Shown in pieces: positions 49,028-62,385 of a stretch of 64,000 nucleotides of DNA. The DNA is from Octopus sinensis (Eukaryota), in assembly GCF_006345805.1 (NCBI RefSeq), contig NC_043000.1:148304001-148368000 (forward strand). Direction: 5' to 3'. A model generated the notes under the pieces. It was given only the letters and a program-made list of their open reading frames with translations. It searched no databases and had not been told where the DNA came from. How positions within the stretch are numbered: position 1 is the first letter of the stretch; every line of letters starts with the position of its first letter. The translations under genes were made by a program, and so were the position numbers.

Positions 49028-50099
49028 TTAATAATTATTTTAAACTTAGGCAAAAATCCTGAAATTTGCAGGAGTTGATTAGTTGATTACATCAATTGCA
49101 GTACTTGAATGGTATTCTATTTCATCAAACCCAAAAAGATAAATAGTAAAGTAATAATAATAGTCACAAGGTCAAAACGATGGGAGCAGGGCTATAGATG
49201 ATTAAACAGATCCCAGAACTGGACTGGTACTTAATTTACTGACCCTTGAAGGATAAAGGCCTAAGTTGACCCTGAAGGATTTGAACTCAGAAAATATTGA
49301 CCATTCTGCTGATATAATACTATAATAATGATGAAAATAATTACCAGTTTTCTTTTAAAAAAGTTTTTTTTAAAACAGAAAATTAAATTTTTTAAAATCC
49401 ATTTTATAATTTGACTGGTATCAAAAGTCGGTATTTTCTCTTTGAAGTTGAGAGCAGAGTTGTCACATTCATGCCTACGCTAATATCATTAGTAGTTTAA
49501 GTTAAGGAAAACAACTAGAACTAGACATTGAGACCAGACAGTGGATTTCACTTTGAAAATTCTCTCTATTCTATGAGGGCTAATGACTACATCAGGTTTC
49601 CAGAGTGGAATGCCAAATATCTTTCACTGTATGAATAGTTGAAGAAATCACTAGATTCAGAGTTGAATATCTATATAATTTAAAGTCTACTGAATGAATT
49701 AACTGGTAAGATGTTCAATGTAAAAAGATAATTCACCATGAAGACCAATTTGAGACAGAAAAATTACAGTCCAGTACAGCCTACTGACAGATCTTGAGTC
49801 ATACTAACCAACAAATTTTCAAAATGAGTGTAACCCACTTCAATTTCACATGTCTAGAAGGGTCTTCAAGAAGAATTTCAATACAACTAAAGATTTTTTT
49901 TCTTTTAGTGTATAGCATTCAGGACATCATCCATTTATGTAACTGTCCAAATTCATGCCTTTGGCTCAATTCAGTTATTTTCCTTAACTCATTTCATTTT
50001 TTAATTATGCAAATTATATTTGCCAAAAACATATGCAACTTTTTCTGTATGTAAAAATTTATCCACAACTCTGCAGGTTTGGTTAGACATCGATATATT

Positions 50100-50330
50100 T
50101 ATTTCTTTACTACCCACAACGGGCTAAACATAGAGGGGACAAACAAGGACAGACAAACGAATTAAGTCGATTACATCGGCCCCAGTGCGTAACTGGTACT
50201 TAATTATTCGACCCCGAAAGGATGAAAGGCAAAGTCGACCTCGGCGGAATTTGAACTCAGAACGTAACGGCAGACGAAATACTGCTACGAATTTCGCCCG
50301 GCGTGCTAACATTTCTACCAGCTCACCGCC
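50100..50330 (-). mobile_element. SINE family C
   Basis: 16-bp TSD tagac(a/g)tcgatatatt at 50084-50099 and 50331-50346. Confidence 0.9.
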
Positions 50331-51222
50331 TAGACGTCGATATATTGGTGAAATTTAGTAGACTAAAGTATACACATGATTGGCCCTTGTTTGCAAACAG
50401 AGATTGAACTGTCCTCTTCAGCATGTAAATTAATCTGGAAAATTAATTCCAAACTTCTTACAATTAGTTAACTATTTTCCCTTTTCTTTGGGTGACATCA
50501 ACATCAGCCACTAGCATTTTGTTTTCATTCTCCAACTAAGAGGGAAACTGCATTTAAGAATCTACTGCTTATAGCATTCGGTAACCTTTAATGTAAATTG
50601 TGTATCTGTCACTTGCTGGATGATCGGGTTACCAACTTCACTGTAGGGAGTCTGCCACACCCTCTTTTCAAACTAGGTACTGAACAAAAAAAAAAAAAAA
50701 AAATTCAGGTCCCTAATTTGAGATAGCACAGTGAACACTATGTAATCGGTAATGCAGCCACCCATCAAGCTAGAGCCCTACAAGTGAGACAGTAGCTTTT
50801 ATTTTTCTGTTTCTGTGTGAAATTGGTGTTCCCGATGTTTAATATCATTTACATTAAAATTGTTGGAATAAAAAGAAACAAAATGTAAAGAGGAAAACTA
50901 ATTTATATAACAGCAATAATAATAATAGCTACTTCTATGTGTATTTATAAATTATGCACAGCTCTTACTGAATAAGCATGCTTTTAGAATTTATTTATTC
51001 ACAATTAGTATACACCATAACAATAAAGCAAATGACAGCCTCAACATGTGGCTACTAAGTGTATAAAGGTAAGAAGTTAATGCTATGTAAACAGAATAAC
51101 TTAGGAAAAGTCTGAGCAGACAATGAATTAAAGTCTGCTTGCAGCTCTGACCCTAAGAATATGGACCACAGAAAAACAAACTGTAAAAACAACATATATA
51201 TCCTTTTGTCTGAGAGTTGATC

Positions 51223-51388
51223 AGGCGCAAGAGTGGCTGTGTGGTAAGTAGCTTAGCTTGTTTACCAACCACATGGTTCCAGGTTCAGTCCCACTGCGTG
51301 GCACCTTGGGCAAGTGTCTTCTACTATAGCCTCAGCCGACCATGCCTTGTGAGTGGATTTGGTAGATGGAAACTGAAAGAAGCCTGTC

Positions 51389-51433
<45 letters not shown>

Positions 51434-51647
51434 TGTGTGTGTTTGTGTGTCTGTCCCCCTAGCATTGCTTGACAACTGATGCTGGTGTGTTTATGTCCCC
51501 GTTACTTAGCGGTTCGGCAAAAGAGACCGATAGAATAAGTACTGGGCTTACAAAAGAATAAGTCCCGGGGTCGAGTTGCTCAACTAAAGGTGGTGCTCCA
51601 GCATGGCCGCAGTCAAATGACTGAAACAAGTAAAAGAGTAAAGAGAG
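51223..51647 (+). mobile_element. SINE family A
   Basis: Full-length match. Confidence 0.92.
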
Positions 51648-51695
51648 AGTCTATTTTTATGCAAAAATAAGTAGATTGGTGCATATAATTAATTA

Positions 51696-52070
51696 CTTTT
51701 TTTTTTACTTTTACTTGTTTCAGTCATTTGACTGCGGCCATACTGGAGCACCACCTTTAGTCAAGCAAATCGACTCCAGGATTTATTCTTTTGTAAGGCC
51801 AGTACTTATTCTATCGGTCTCTTTTGCCGAACCGCTAAGTGACGGGGACGTAAACACACCAGCATCGGTTGTCAGGCAATGATAGGGGGACAAACACAGA
51901 CACACAAACATACACACACATATATATATATACATATATACGACAGGCTTCTTTCAGTTTCCGTCTACCAAATCCACTCACAAGGCATTGGTCAGCCCGG
52001 GGCTATAGCAGAAGACACTTGCCCAAGATGCCATGCAGTGGGACTGAACCCGGAACCATGTGGCTGGTTA
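51696..52070 (-). mobile_element. SINE family A, slightly 5'-truncated
   Basis: 19-bp TSD tggtgcatata(a/g)ttaatta at 51677-51695 and 52071-52089. Confidence 0.9.
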
Positions 52071-52267
52071 TGGTGCATATAGTTAATTATGTAATGTTTT
52101 TGAATACATAGAGAGAAACACAAAATCAAAGAGATGATGTTAGTGTTGGTGCAAGGGATTGATGAATTAAAAACTCTCACATTGTTATTTAACATTCACT
52201 CGTACAGTTTTGAGGTTGCAGGATTTGGGGTGTGATTTTGAGACTTAAGCTTTTAGTTACATCTTAA

Positions 52268-52847
52268 CCCTTTCGTTACCAACCCGGCTGAAACCAGCTC
52301 TGGCTCCGAGTAAAAATGTCTTGTTTTCATAAGTTTTGAATTAAAATCTTCCACCAAACCTTAGTCACAATTTATGTTCCTAACACTAGCTTAATGATAA
52401 CTAAGTTATTTTACTAAATTCTTACGGAAGCCAGTTGTGGCCGATGCCAGCGCCGCCTCGACTGGCTTCCGTGTCGGTGGCACATAAAAAGCACCATCCG
52501 AATCATGGCCGAAGCCAGTGCCGCCTCAACTGGCTTCCGTGCAGGTGGCACGTAAAATGTACCAATCCGACCATGGCCGATGCCAGCCTCGCCTGGCTCC
52601 AGTGCAGGTGGCACGTAAAAAGCACCCACTACACTCACAGAGTGGTTGGCATTAGGAAGGGCATCCAGCTGTAGAAACATTGCCAGATAAGACCGGAGCC
52701 TGGTGCAGCCTTCTGGCTTCCCAGATCCCCGGTCAAACCGTCCAACCCATGCTAGCATGGAGAACGGACGTTAAACGATGATGATGATGATTTAAAGTAA
52801 TTGAAAGGAACACAGAGCATCTCAAAATAAATACAGTAACGAAAGGG
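52268..52847. mobile_element. piggyBac-type MITE with a family D SINE (52424-52791, + strand) inserted
   Basis: TTAA|ccctttcgttac ... gtaacgaaaggg|TTAA perfect TIRs and TSD. Confidence 0.9.
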
Positions 52848-53196
52848 TTAAATTATAGACAACATCCTTAATGAAAACTGGAAAAGTCTAACCCACAATA
52901 TATAAAAATAAAAACCCACTTTCACTAATTGGTTTTGTTAATTATCTAAGTCATCTGTAACTCAGGACACCTATGATCTAAAGACCTTCTACATGTAACC
53001 AGCTTGTCTTTTTACCTTACCTTTCTCCCTCTTTTTGTCAAACAGTGTCTAGGACTATGTTATCCAATTTGTTCTTATTTTAAAAGAAAACAATCAATCA
53101 GTCAGTTGTGATATGAAGAGATACAGTTGCCGCTGATAGCTTGCTGAACTGTTATCGTCAGAACACAGTAGCTTCCTCATTAGCTTTGCTAGTGTA

Positions 53197-53585
53197 TGGA
53201 TGGAAGCACTCCGTCGGTTACGACGACGAGAGTTCCGGTTGATCCAAATCAACGGAACAGCCTGCTCGTGAAATTAACGTGTAAGTGGCTGAGCACTCCA
53301 CAGACACGTGTACCCTTAACGTAGTTCTCGGGGATATTCAGCGTGACACAGAGAGTGACAAGGCCGGCCTTTTGAAATACAGGTACAACAGAAACAGGAA
53401 GTAAGAGTGAGAGAAAGTTGTGGTGAAAGAGTACAGCAGGGATCACCACCATCCCCTGTCGGAGCCTCGTGGAGCTTTTAGGTGTTTTTGCTCAATAAAC
53501 ACTCACAACGCCCGGTCTGGGAATCGAAATCGCGATCCTATGACCGCGAGTCCATTGCACTAACCACTGGGCCATTGCGCCTCCA
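53197..53585 (-). mobile_element. tRNA-derived SINE family E
   Basis: TSD tgctagtgta at 53187-53196 and 53586-53595. Confidence 0.92.
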
Positions 53586-56500
53586 TGCTAGTGTATACAG
53601 ATCAAAGGTAAACAAACATCCCATAATACAGACACTATTGCCACATATTTTCAAATAAGCATCAGAATAAAAGGTTTAATTTGTCACACACCTTATGGCT
53701 TCTAAAATATGACTACATTCTAATCAATTAATGGCAATAATATCTATTAATCTATTAATGGTGGCAGAATTTATAAAACAAGGTTTTAAAAATAATTTAA
53801 TCACATTTGATTAATTAATCTCTTCAACACCAACACATTGGAAACCACCACCTTTTAATGTATAGAATTTTAAAATCAAATCATATAGCTTTCACATAGT
53901 GATATTTCATTACTATGTGAAAGCTAAAAGCATGTAAAAAATTTTTTTTTTTCAAAATTAGCTATTTTATAAGAAATCCCATAATTCTTGATTATTTTAA
54001 AGATTAAAACACAAATGTGAAATGTGTGCTTGTTGGGAATATGATCACAAATGAGTTAAAAGAAAATAACAGAAACAATACAAAAATATTGAATTTCAAC
54101 TTTCTAAGCTTTGATTTACTAATTTACCATAATATATATCAGTAATATAATGAGGGTTAACTTAATTGACAATATCATTTCTCCTAGAAGAATTAACCTT
54201 GTGATAAAAGAAAATATTTTGATAATGTGATTTCTTTGTTACCAATGTTTGGATGGTTCTAAAAAATCAAACATTTACATGAATTATTGGAGCTGTTGAA
54301 AGTCACAGAGGGGCCTGACTTGTTTAATGTACCAGCTCAGTAACCAAACAGTGAAAACTTTGTATCTTATCTCTGCTACTGTTTTGTATTTAATTATCAA
54401 TAGCTCAAGTTTATCTAGCTATAAATAGGCCCCATGAGAAAACACAGCTTGCTTCTGTATACAAATAGAGGAGACACTCTTTAGATGTCAAAGCTTTCAT
54501 TAAATTGCAGTGTTAGGCCTAACTCCCATCACTTCCACAAGTCAACTAATACAATAGATTATGTTATACAGGGGTAGGGATGATGAGAGAGAGAGAGAGA
54601 GATGCCCTTCTCTTATGGAATCTGGCAATTTACTGGGCTGGTACACATCCAGTTTTCATAGCATTAAGTGGTTGAGAGATAAATCTCTTGGAAGGAAGAA
54701 TGCATATTTATCTCAGGTAACATAGCTACAATAACTTGTGTCGAAATTGAGTCAAAACCACAAGACAAAACATTATTTCATTTACAATATTGTTATTGCT
54801 TACAATGGGGAAATACTTTGTATCAGTCAGTACCTATATATATATATAGCTATGTGGAGTGGGTCATTGAAGCATTAAGTATTTGTTATTCAAAGACACA
54901 ACAAAATACTAGTGGCAAGATATGAAATGCCAGCATCTCAGTTTCTTGTCCTATACCCTGTCGACATGGTCATCTATGCTCTCCAAGCAATTTATACCAG
55001 CAAAACAAAAATAAAAAGTTAAATAAGTAGTAACAATAACATCACAACATCTTCAGTTGTCCACCTCCACTGTAGTTGCAACTGAAATCTACAAGTGTAC
55101 AGAAGAGAAAGAGAAGTGGGGAGAGATAGAAAGAGAACCTTCACAGGGTGTTTAACTTGCTAAAAATAACAGCTAAAACTCCCTCAAATGACATTCTGTC
55201 ATCTTTGGAAATGAAAACATCTGTTGATAAAATGTGGTCACTGATGCAATCTGTCTAGAAACAATATGGCATAATCATTGCTTGAATATATTTGAAAATA
55301 AGCCTGTGCTATTAGGGTCGATATAGGGTTAAGAACAACAACAAACATACAAAAGAAAACTGGAGGATGCAAGATATCACAACCATCACACTTGAAATAT
55401 GTGACAAACATATTTCAACTAACCTAAATTGTGATAATATATATGTATCCTGGTACAAATCACTGTACTGAGAAACTGAGAATGGCACGTGTTTTTCAAG
55501 CCTTAATGAATGGCAGTAGTCCAGCCAAATAATGTAAATACTAACCAATCCTTAAATGTTACTAATTTTCAGAGACTGGACTAGAAGCAGTATTTTTGAC
55601 ATAATGCTGCCATAAACTTTGCCTTGTATAAGAAACAAATAAAACTAAAACACAAAATGAACAAAAAGTGCTAAATCTAATACAAAGAAGGATTCTATAA
55701 TACAATTGAATGATCAAGGTTTAAAGAAGTTATGTAAAGTTGTAAAATGTCAGCGGCATTAACTATTTATGTTCTAACAATGCATTGTAAAAGATAATTG
55801 TTAAGAAAACAACTGAATATCTAAGATTACTTTAGATTTCAGATAATCATCAAAATAGTCTCTTTTTCGGATTTTCTTAATTTTTCTACTTTTCAATTTT
55901 TTTTTTTTTTTTGAGATGTGTGTTTGTACATGACTGTGTACAACTAATAATAAAAATGTGTGTATGCGTGCTTGCTTATGTCTTTATATATATATATGTT
56001 TTGTTTAATGTCAGTCTCACAGCAATAGATTATGATTAATAGATATAAATCATCTTTATATAGCTAATTAATTGCAAGAACTTTGGATCAAACAAAGACA
56101 CTACTAATCTCAGAATAAACAGTCTGGTCATGGCAGCAAATAACAGCAAGTGTAATATTGGTGTACGAAGAGATATCTATCTAAAACAACACATTAACAT
56201 ATCTGTTAAACTTAATTGATTATTCAAGAAAATCATTTAATTTTCTTTTTTTAAATCCTATTAGCTTTATTTCATTTTGTTTTTTTTGTTTTTTCCATTC
56301 CCTTTGAAGATGTGATAAAATATCACAGCATCATTTTCTGAGTAATGTGATTAATTGCATGTCATTGTAGCAGAGACTAAAGAAGGAAATAAACTCCACT
56401 GAGGTCATTAACACATTATTAAAATTTATTCGGTAATTTCTACTATAAACATTTAAAACAAAAACAGGCTTTGATGTTGCAGTAGTACTGATATATAAGT

Positions 56501-56695
56501 AGCAATAGTGGTAGGAGGGGAAGTAGTGAGAGCTGATTTTATGAAACAACATCCCCCCACCTACTTCTTCAATAAATAAATTTATAAAAAATTTGGAATG
56601 TTATGAAAAGTTTTATTGAAATACTTAATCCCAAAACAAAAGCTAAAAAGTTATTTGCATTGATATTTTAAATTCTTTATTATTCTGATCTAAAT

Positions 56696-57084
56696 AGGCG
56701 CAGGAGTGGCTGTGTGGTAAGTAGCTTGCTAACCAACCACATGGTTCTGGGTTCAGTCCCACTGCGTGGCACCTTGGGCAAGTGTCTTCTGCTATAGCCT
56801 CGGGCCGACCAAAGCCTTGTGAGTGGATTTGGTAGACGGAAACTGAAAGAAGCCTGTCGTATATATGTATATATATATATGTGTGTATGTGTTTGTCCCC
56901 CTAGCATTGCTTGACAACCGATGCTGGTGTGTTTACGTCCCCGTCACTTAGCGGTTCGGCAAAAAGAGACCGATAGAATAAGTACTGGGCTTACAGAAAG
57001 AATAAGTCCGGGGGTCGATTTGCTCGACTAAAGGCGGTGCTCCAGCATGGCCGCAGTCAAATGACTGAAACAAGTAAAAGAGTA
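56696..57084 (+). mobile_element. SINE family A
   Basis: Full-length match. Confidence 0.92.
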
Positions 57085-57200
57085 AACAAATGTGAGGAAA
57101 TGACCAAGAGTGTACAGAGTCAAAATAAACCCCACAAATGCTATCATTTGTGTTGCACTATTTCCATTTTCTCCATTTTAGGTCTTTTTTTAATCTTTTA

Positions 57201-57411
57201 TCTTTTACTTGTTTCAGTCATTAGACTGTAACCAAGCTGGGGCACTGCCTTGAAGAATTTTTAGTTGAATGGATCAACCCCAGTACTTTATTTCTTAAAG
57301 CCTGGTACTTATGCTGTTGATCTCTTTTCCCCACCGAACAGCTAGGTTAGAGGGACATAAACACACCAACACCAATTATCAAACGGTGGTGGGGAACAGA
57401 CAGACGTGCAC

Positions 57412-57454
<43 letters not shown>

Positions 57455-57607
57455 ACAAGCTTTCAGTTTCTGTCTACCAAGTCTACTCACAAGGCTTTGA
57501 TCAGCCCAACTATAGAAGACATTTATCCAAGGTGCAACGTAGTGGGACTGAACCCACAACCATGTGGTTGGGAAGCAAGCTTCTTACCACACAACCATAC
57601 CTGTGCC
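57201..57607 (-). mobile_element. Older family-A-like SINE
   Basis: Diverged match with (TA)n at 57414-57450. Confidence 0.8.
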
Positions 57608-58699
57608 TAAAGGTTGAAACATTAAGTCTTTTAAAAATTAAGGATCCTTAACATAAACAGTCTTTCATGGAGATAAACTGATACTTAAAAAAAAAGCATT
57701 CAGACAGGATGCTAATTTAAAGAAAAAAAAATATATGGTTAGTCTTAGATGGCAGGGCAGTGCCCTGGCCTTCACATGGCCTTTGAAACTAATGGGAGAA
57801 AAGAAAGGAAGACATCACAACATATGGGTTCCTGTTAATCATCAGCCCCTTTCAAGTAGCTCAGCTGGAAATCAGTTTTCACAGAGAGAACTCTGATTGA
57901 TATAACCTATAGCTATATTCTTGCTTAGCCCAAGGTCATTCTTGATTGATTAGACTTATGATCAAAGAAATTTCTTCTTTTTTTTTTTTTTTGATAAATC
58001 CCTTATCTGAGGCTATGTTGTTCAAGATGTCCTTTGTGGTCTTTTAAGGCAGTGAGACACCACCTTGGAGAGTTTAGTCAAACAAATCAACCCTAATATT
58101 TGTTTCCATTAAAAGATGGCTACCTACTCTATCAGTCTCTTTTGTTGAACCACTAAATTGAGGGGAAGTAGAGACCAACACCAGTTGTCAAGGTGGGAGT
58201 GATCACACACACATACAGTTTCCATGTACCAAATTCACTTACAAGGTATGAGACTATAGTAGAAAATCCTTGCTTAAGGTACCATGCAATGGAATTGAAC
58301 CTGAAACCACATGGTTGCAAAACTAGCTTCTTAACCACACAGCCATGCTTGCACACATGACTATGTTCAAGTTTCAACCTTTGTATTAATATGCACACAT
58401 GCATGCACATATACATGCATGCATACATACATGTATGCATAATCATCATCATCCTCATTTAGCATCCGTCTTCCAATGCGGCATAAGTTGGATGGGTCTC
58501 CAGGATCTGACAAGCTAAAAGGCTGTGCTGAGTTCCATCCAATATTTGCTTTGGCATGGATTCCACAGCTGAATGCCCTTCCTATAATGCCAACCATTTT
58601 ACAGAGTGTACTGAGTGCTTTTTCACAAAAAACAAACAACACAAGACAGTTGACTGAGGAGGGGCGGAGTACTGAGATGGGCCAGATTTATGCCGATTG

Positions 58700-59075
58700 G
58701 TGAGAGGCAAAAGTATGATAGACTGCAGGAACAGGTGTTTTGCTGTAGAGGATGCATGGCTACTTCAGCTGGAAAGAGAAAAAAGATGATGGTGATGAGG
58801 TGTCAGGGTGTAACTTCAAGATGCAAGGTGGAAACAAGAGAGAAGCTGAACAGAGGATTAGACAAGGTGAGTGGTTAAGTAAGTTCATGAGTGTGTGAAA
58901 GGAGAGTGGCAGATGGATAGAGGTAAATGCAGTGAATGGGACATGGGTGGCAGCATGGTCAATGTGAGAGGAAGGTGGAGGAAATAGGAGTTGGTCAGAG
59001 ATGTAATGACAGCACAAATGATGTGAAATATGGCAATGTGCAAGAGAGATGCACAGGGAAAGGAATGAAGTCAAA
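58700..59075 (+). pseudogene. Degraded RTE LINE C-terminal fragment
   Basis: Interrupted peptides (KVETREKLNRGLDKV; WHGQCERKVEE) resembling the RTE ORF C-terminal region. Confidence 0.45.
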
Positions 59076-59110
59076 GGTGCATAAGTATGGAAATAGTGTT
59101 GGACAAGGTA

Positions 59111-59343
59111 CCTATTTCTTTACTACCCACAAGGGGCTGAATACAGAGGGGACAAACAAGGACAGACATAGGTATTAAGTCGGTTACATCGACCCCAGTG
59201 CATAACTGGTACTTAATTTATCGACCCCGAAAGGATGAAAGGCAAAGCCGACCTCGGCGGAATTTGAACTCACAACGTAACGCAGACGAAATACTGCTAA
59301 GCATTTCGCCCGGCGTGCTAACGTTTCTGCCAGCTCGCCGCCT
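59111..59343 (-). mobile_element. SINE family C
   Basis: Near-consensus; flanked by ttggacaa(a)ggta repeats. Confidence 0.9.
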
Positions 59344-59759
59344 TTGGACAAAGGTATCTGTCATTGGTAGATAAAAGAGGGTGTACAAAGGAAAAGGAGG
59401 TGAAAGGGGTGTTTAGTGGAAAATGAAATGATAAGGGATGATACTGAGAATGTGGGTAACAAAAGGAAGTGTTTCTAGGGAGAGTGATAACTGGTAGTAC
59501 AAAAGATGGAGGTGAAATATTTGCAATTCTGCTCTCATAATTACAGCAGCTGAGTGAATAGTGATGTAGTCAGAAGAGTGATGGTGGGGATGAATGTTAG
59601 GAAGATGTGTTGTCAGGAAGAGACTTGACAGGGATAGATTGAATGCAGGGGCATAGACAAATGATATAATTTTAGGGCCTCATTTTTGCTGAGATGGATA
59701 GGTCTTCTGGAGCACAGCAAATCAACAATCATTCCAGCCCTTCGTCATCTCCTCCATGG

Positions 59760-60280
59760 AGGTTCAACATCCTAAGGTCAGACTTCACAACTTCATCCCA
59801 TATTTTCCTAAGTCTCACAAGTTCCATTCATTTTTAGTGATTAACACTTCTTTATGCAGTTGTCCTCATCCATACACATCACATGACCATCCCAGCACAA
59901 TCTTACATCTGATGCCTCTTATGCCCAACTTTTCTTTCAACACATTTGCACTTGGTCATATAAGCACATTGATATTGCACATCCAGCAGGCTATGCAAGC
60001 TTCATATCTTTCTAGCCTCCACATGTCCTTTGCATTCACAGTTCACAAAACATGTAGCACTGCTGTTCGTATACAAGCAACATACAACCTGTCTTTCACT
60101 GAGAGAGAGGGTTTTTGCTACAAATAGAGGTAATAGCTCTCTGAACTTCTTCAGTCAGGTCTTATTCTAGCAATTGCTAAAATAAGACCCAACATCACAA
60201 TATCCTTTTCTACTGCTAACTTAATCACCTAGGAAACAGAACCTATCAACTAACTTTAAGGATCCTTTGGTTCATTCGAG
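59760..60280 (-). pseudogene. Degraded RTE LINE C-terminal fragment
   Basis: Minus translation fragments (DMWRLER..EACIACWMCNISV...SANVLKEKLGIRGIRC) resemble the RTE C-terminal region. Confidence 0.55.
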
Positions 60281-60322
60281 AAAATCTACTTCCTATGTGT
60301 TCTTATTGATTATTGCTCCTGT

Positions 60323-60694
60323 TGGAGGCGCAATGGCCCAGTGGTTAGGGCAGCGGACTCGCGGTTTCGATTCCCAGACCGGGCGTTGTGAGTGTTTATT
60401 GAGCGAAAACACCTAAAGCTCCACGAGGCTCCGGCAGGGGATGGTGGTGATCCCTGCTGTACTCTTTCACCACAACTTTCTCTCACTCTTACTTCCTGTT
60501 TCTGTTGTACCTGTATTTCAAAGGGCCAGCCTTGTCACTCTCTGTGTCACGCTGAATCTCCCCGAGAACTACGTTAAGGGTACACATGTCTGTGGAGTGC
60601 TCAGCCACTTAAACGTTAATTTCACGAGCAGGCTTTTCCGTTGATTGGATCAACCGGAACCCTCGTCGTCGTAACTGACGGAGTGCTTCCATTC
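60323..60694 (+). mobile_element. tRNA-derived SINE family E (14-bp deletion in head)
   Basis: 11-bp TSD attgctcctgt at 60312-60322 and 60695-60705. Confidence 0.92.
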
Positions 60695-60814
60695 ATTGCT
60701 CCTGTGAATCTGCCATTTTTTCTGTTAGTCTTCTTGTGATTCCACTGCACCCCTTATGTGTCCCCAGCTTGCACTGGGTATACCATATAGAATTTTTACC
60801 AACAATGTTTCTAT

Positions 60815-61218
60815 GCAGGAGTGGCTGTATGGTAAGAAGCTTGCTTCCAAACCACATGGTTCCGGGTTCAGTCCCACTGTGTGACACCTTGGGCAAGTGT
60901 CTTCTACTATAGCCTTGGGCTCACCAAAGCCATGTGAGTGGATTTGGTAGATAGAAACTAAAAGAAGCCCATCAGATGTGCGCGCTTGTGTGTGTGTGTG
61001 TGTGTGTATTTATGTGCGTGTCTGTGTCTGCTCACCCCCACCCACCACTAGACAATTGATGTTGGTGAGTTCATGTCCCCGTAACTTAGAGGCTCAGCAA
61101 AAGAGACCGACAGAGTAAGTACCAAGCTTACAAAGAATAGGTCCTAGGTCAATCTCTTCGACTAAAAGGCGATGCTCCAGCATGGCCACAGTCAAATGAC
61201 TGAAACAAGTAAAAGAGT
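60815..61218 (+). mobile_element. Older family-A-like SINE
   Basis: Head gcaggagtggctgtatgg, (GT)n centre, gagtaaaa-type tail. Confidence 0.85.
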
Positions 61219-61292
61219 ATCAAACACTATTTTCCTGCTTCAAATTTTTTTTTTGTAACTTTAAGGCCCTTTAATTCCAGGCTTTATATATG

Positions 61293-61339
<47 letters not shown>

Positions 61340-61363
61340 TATTTCATAGAGATGTGTGCGTAA

Positions 61364-61411
<48 letters not shown>

Positions 61412-62200
61412 GGTTCAAAACCATCCATCTCTTTTCAATTACTTTGCTTTCATTCCATTCTCTATGGAAGCTTATAATATGGAGTAATCTGATAATTTGT
61501 TGGTGTCTGAAATATCTCCACACAAAACACCACATAAATTCTCAATATATTTATACAATTTTCAAAAGGTATTACATATAGCTTTGGAAAACACATTCTT
61601 ACAACTGGCAATTTATAAAACAAATCTCTTTTTTTTTTTCTCTCTAAACATCAATCTATTATAAACACATGAATCTAAGCTATTGCTGTTATGCTTTCAG
61701 AAAGAATGAGTTGATGAGATTGTTTATACCCTGTGGTAAAATGTTGTCATTGCATATGACATAACTGGTAATAAACTGTGTCCTTTTACATGGCACTTAA
61801 ATCTGCTAGTCTCAGAATAGCTAGCTGAAATTGGGGATTATGGAAGGAATCCTGTGGATTCAAAACAGGTGTCATATGTTGAAACTGAAGAAACAGAATC
61901 TGGAGTACCAGTCTAAATCACAATTCCACACATAATTTTTTGTTTTGGAATAGAAATACTAATAACTTGTTAGAACTCAATATGTGTATGTGCTTCAGAA
62001 TAAAGCATTAGGCAAATAAAGAATATAATATGAATTAACGGGATGACAAAAGTAATATGAATTAATGGGATTAAAAGGAACAATGTAATTAAATTTATTG
62101 GCTTATAGCTGTTTCTGCTCTAAGAAGCACTGCTCTCAGAGCTGAGTGCTTGTACATCATCTTATATATATATATATATATATAATATATATATATATAT

Positions 62201-62385
62201 TGGTAAAAACGGTAAGATAACAAAAGAAAGAAAGAGACCTCAATATTATGTAAATAGAGGAAATTTATCTATAAAATAATATGTTACAATTACTCAATAG
62301 TCAAGATAAAACTCTGAGTTTCAGATGCCGAAGTGGAAATCCACAACACCATCTCTTCGGTTATCTGGCCATTTGAAAAACTATT
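62201..62385 (-). mobile_element. Probable Penelope-like terminal fragment between (TA)n runs
   Basis: Flanked by TA runs; decayed hammerhead-like motif at 62307-62364. Confidence 0.45.
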
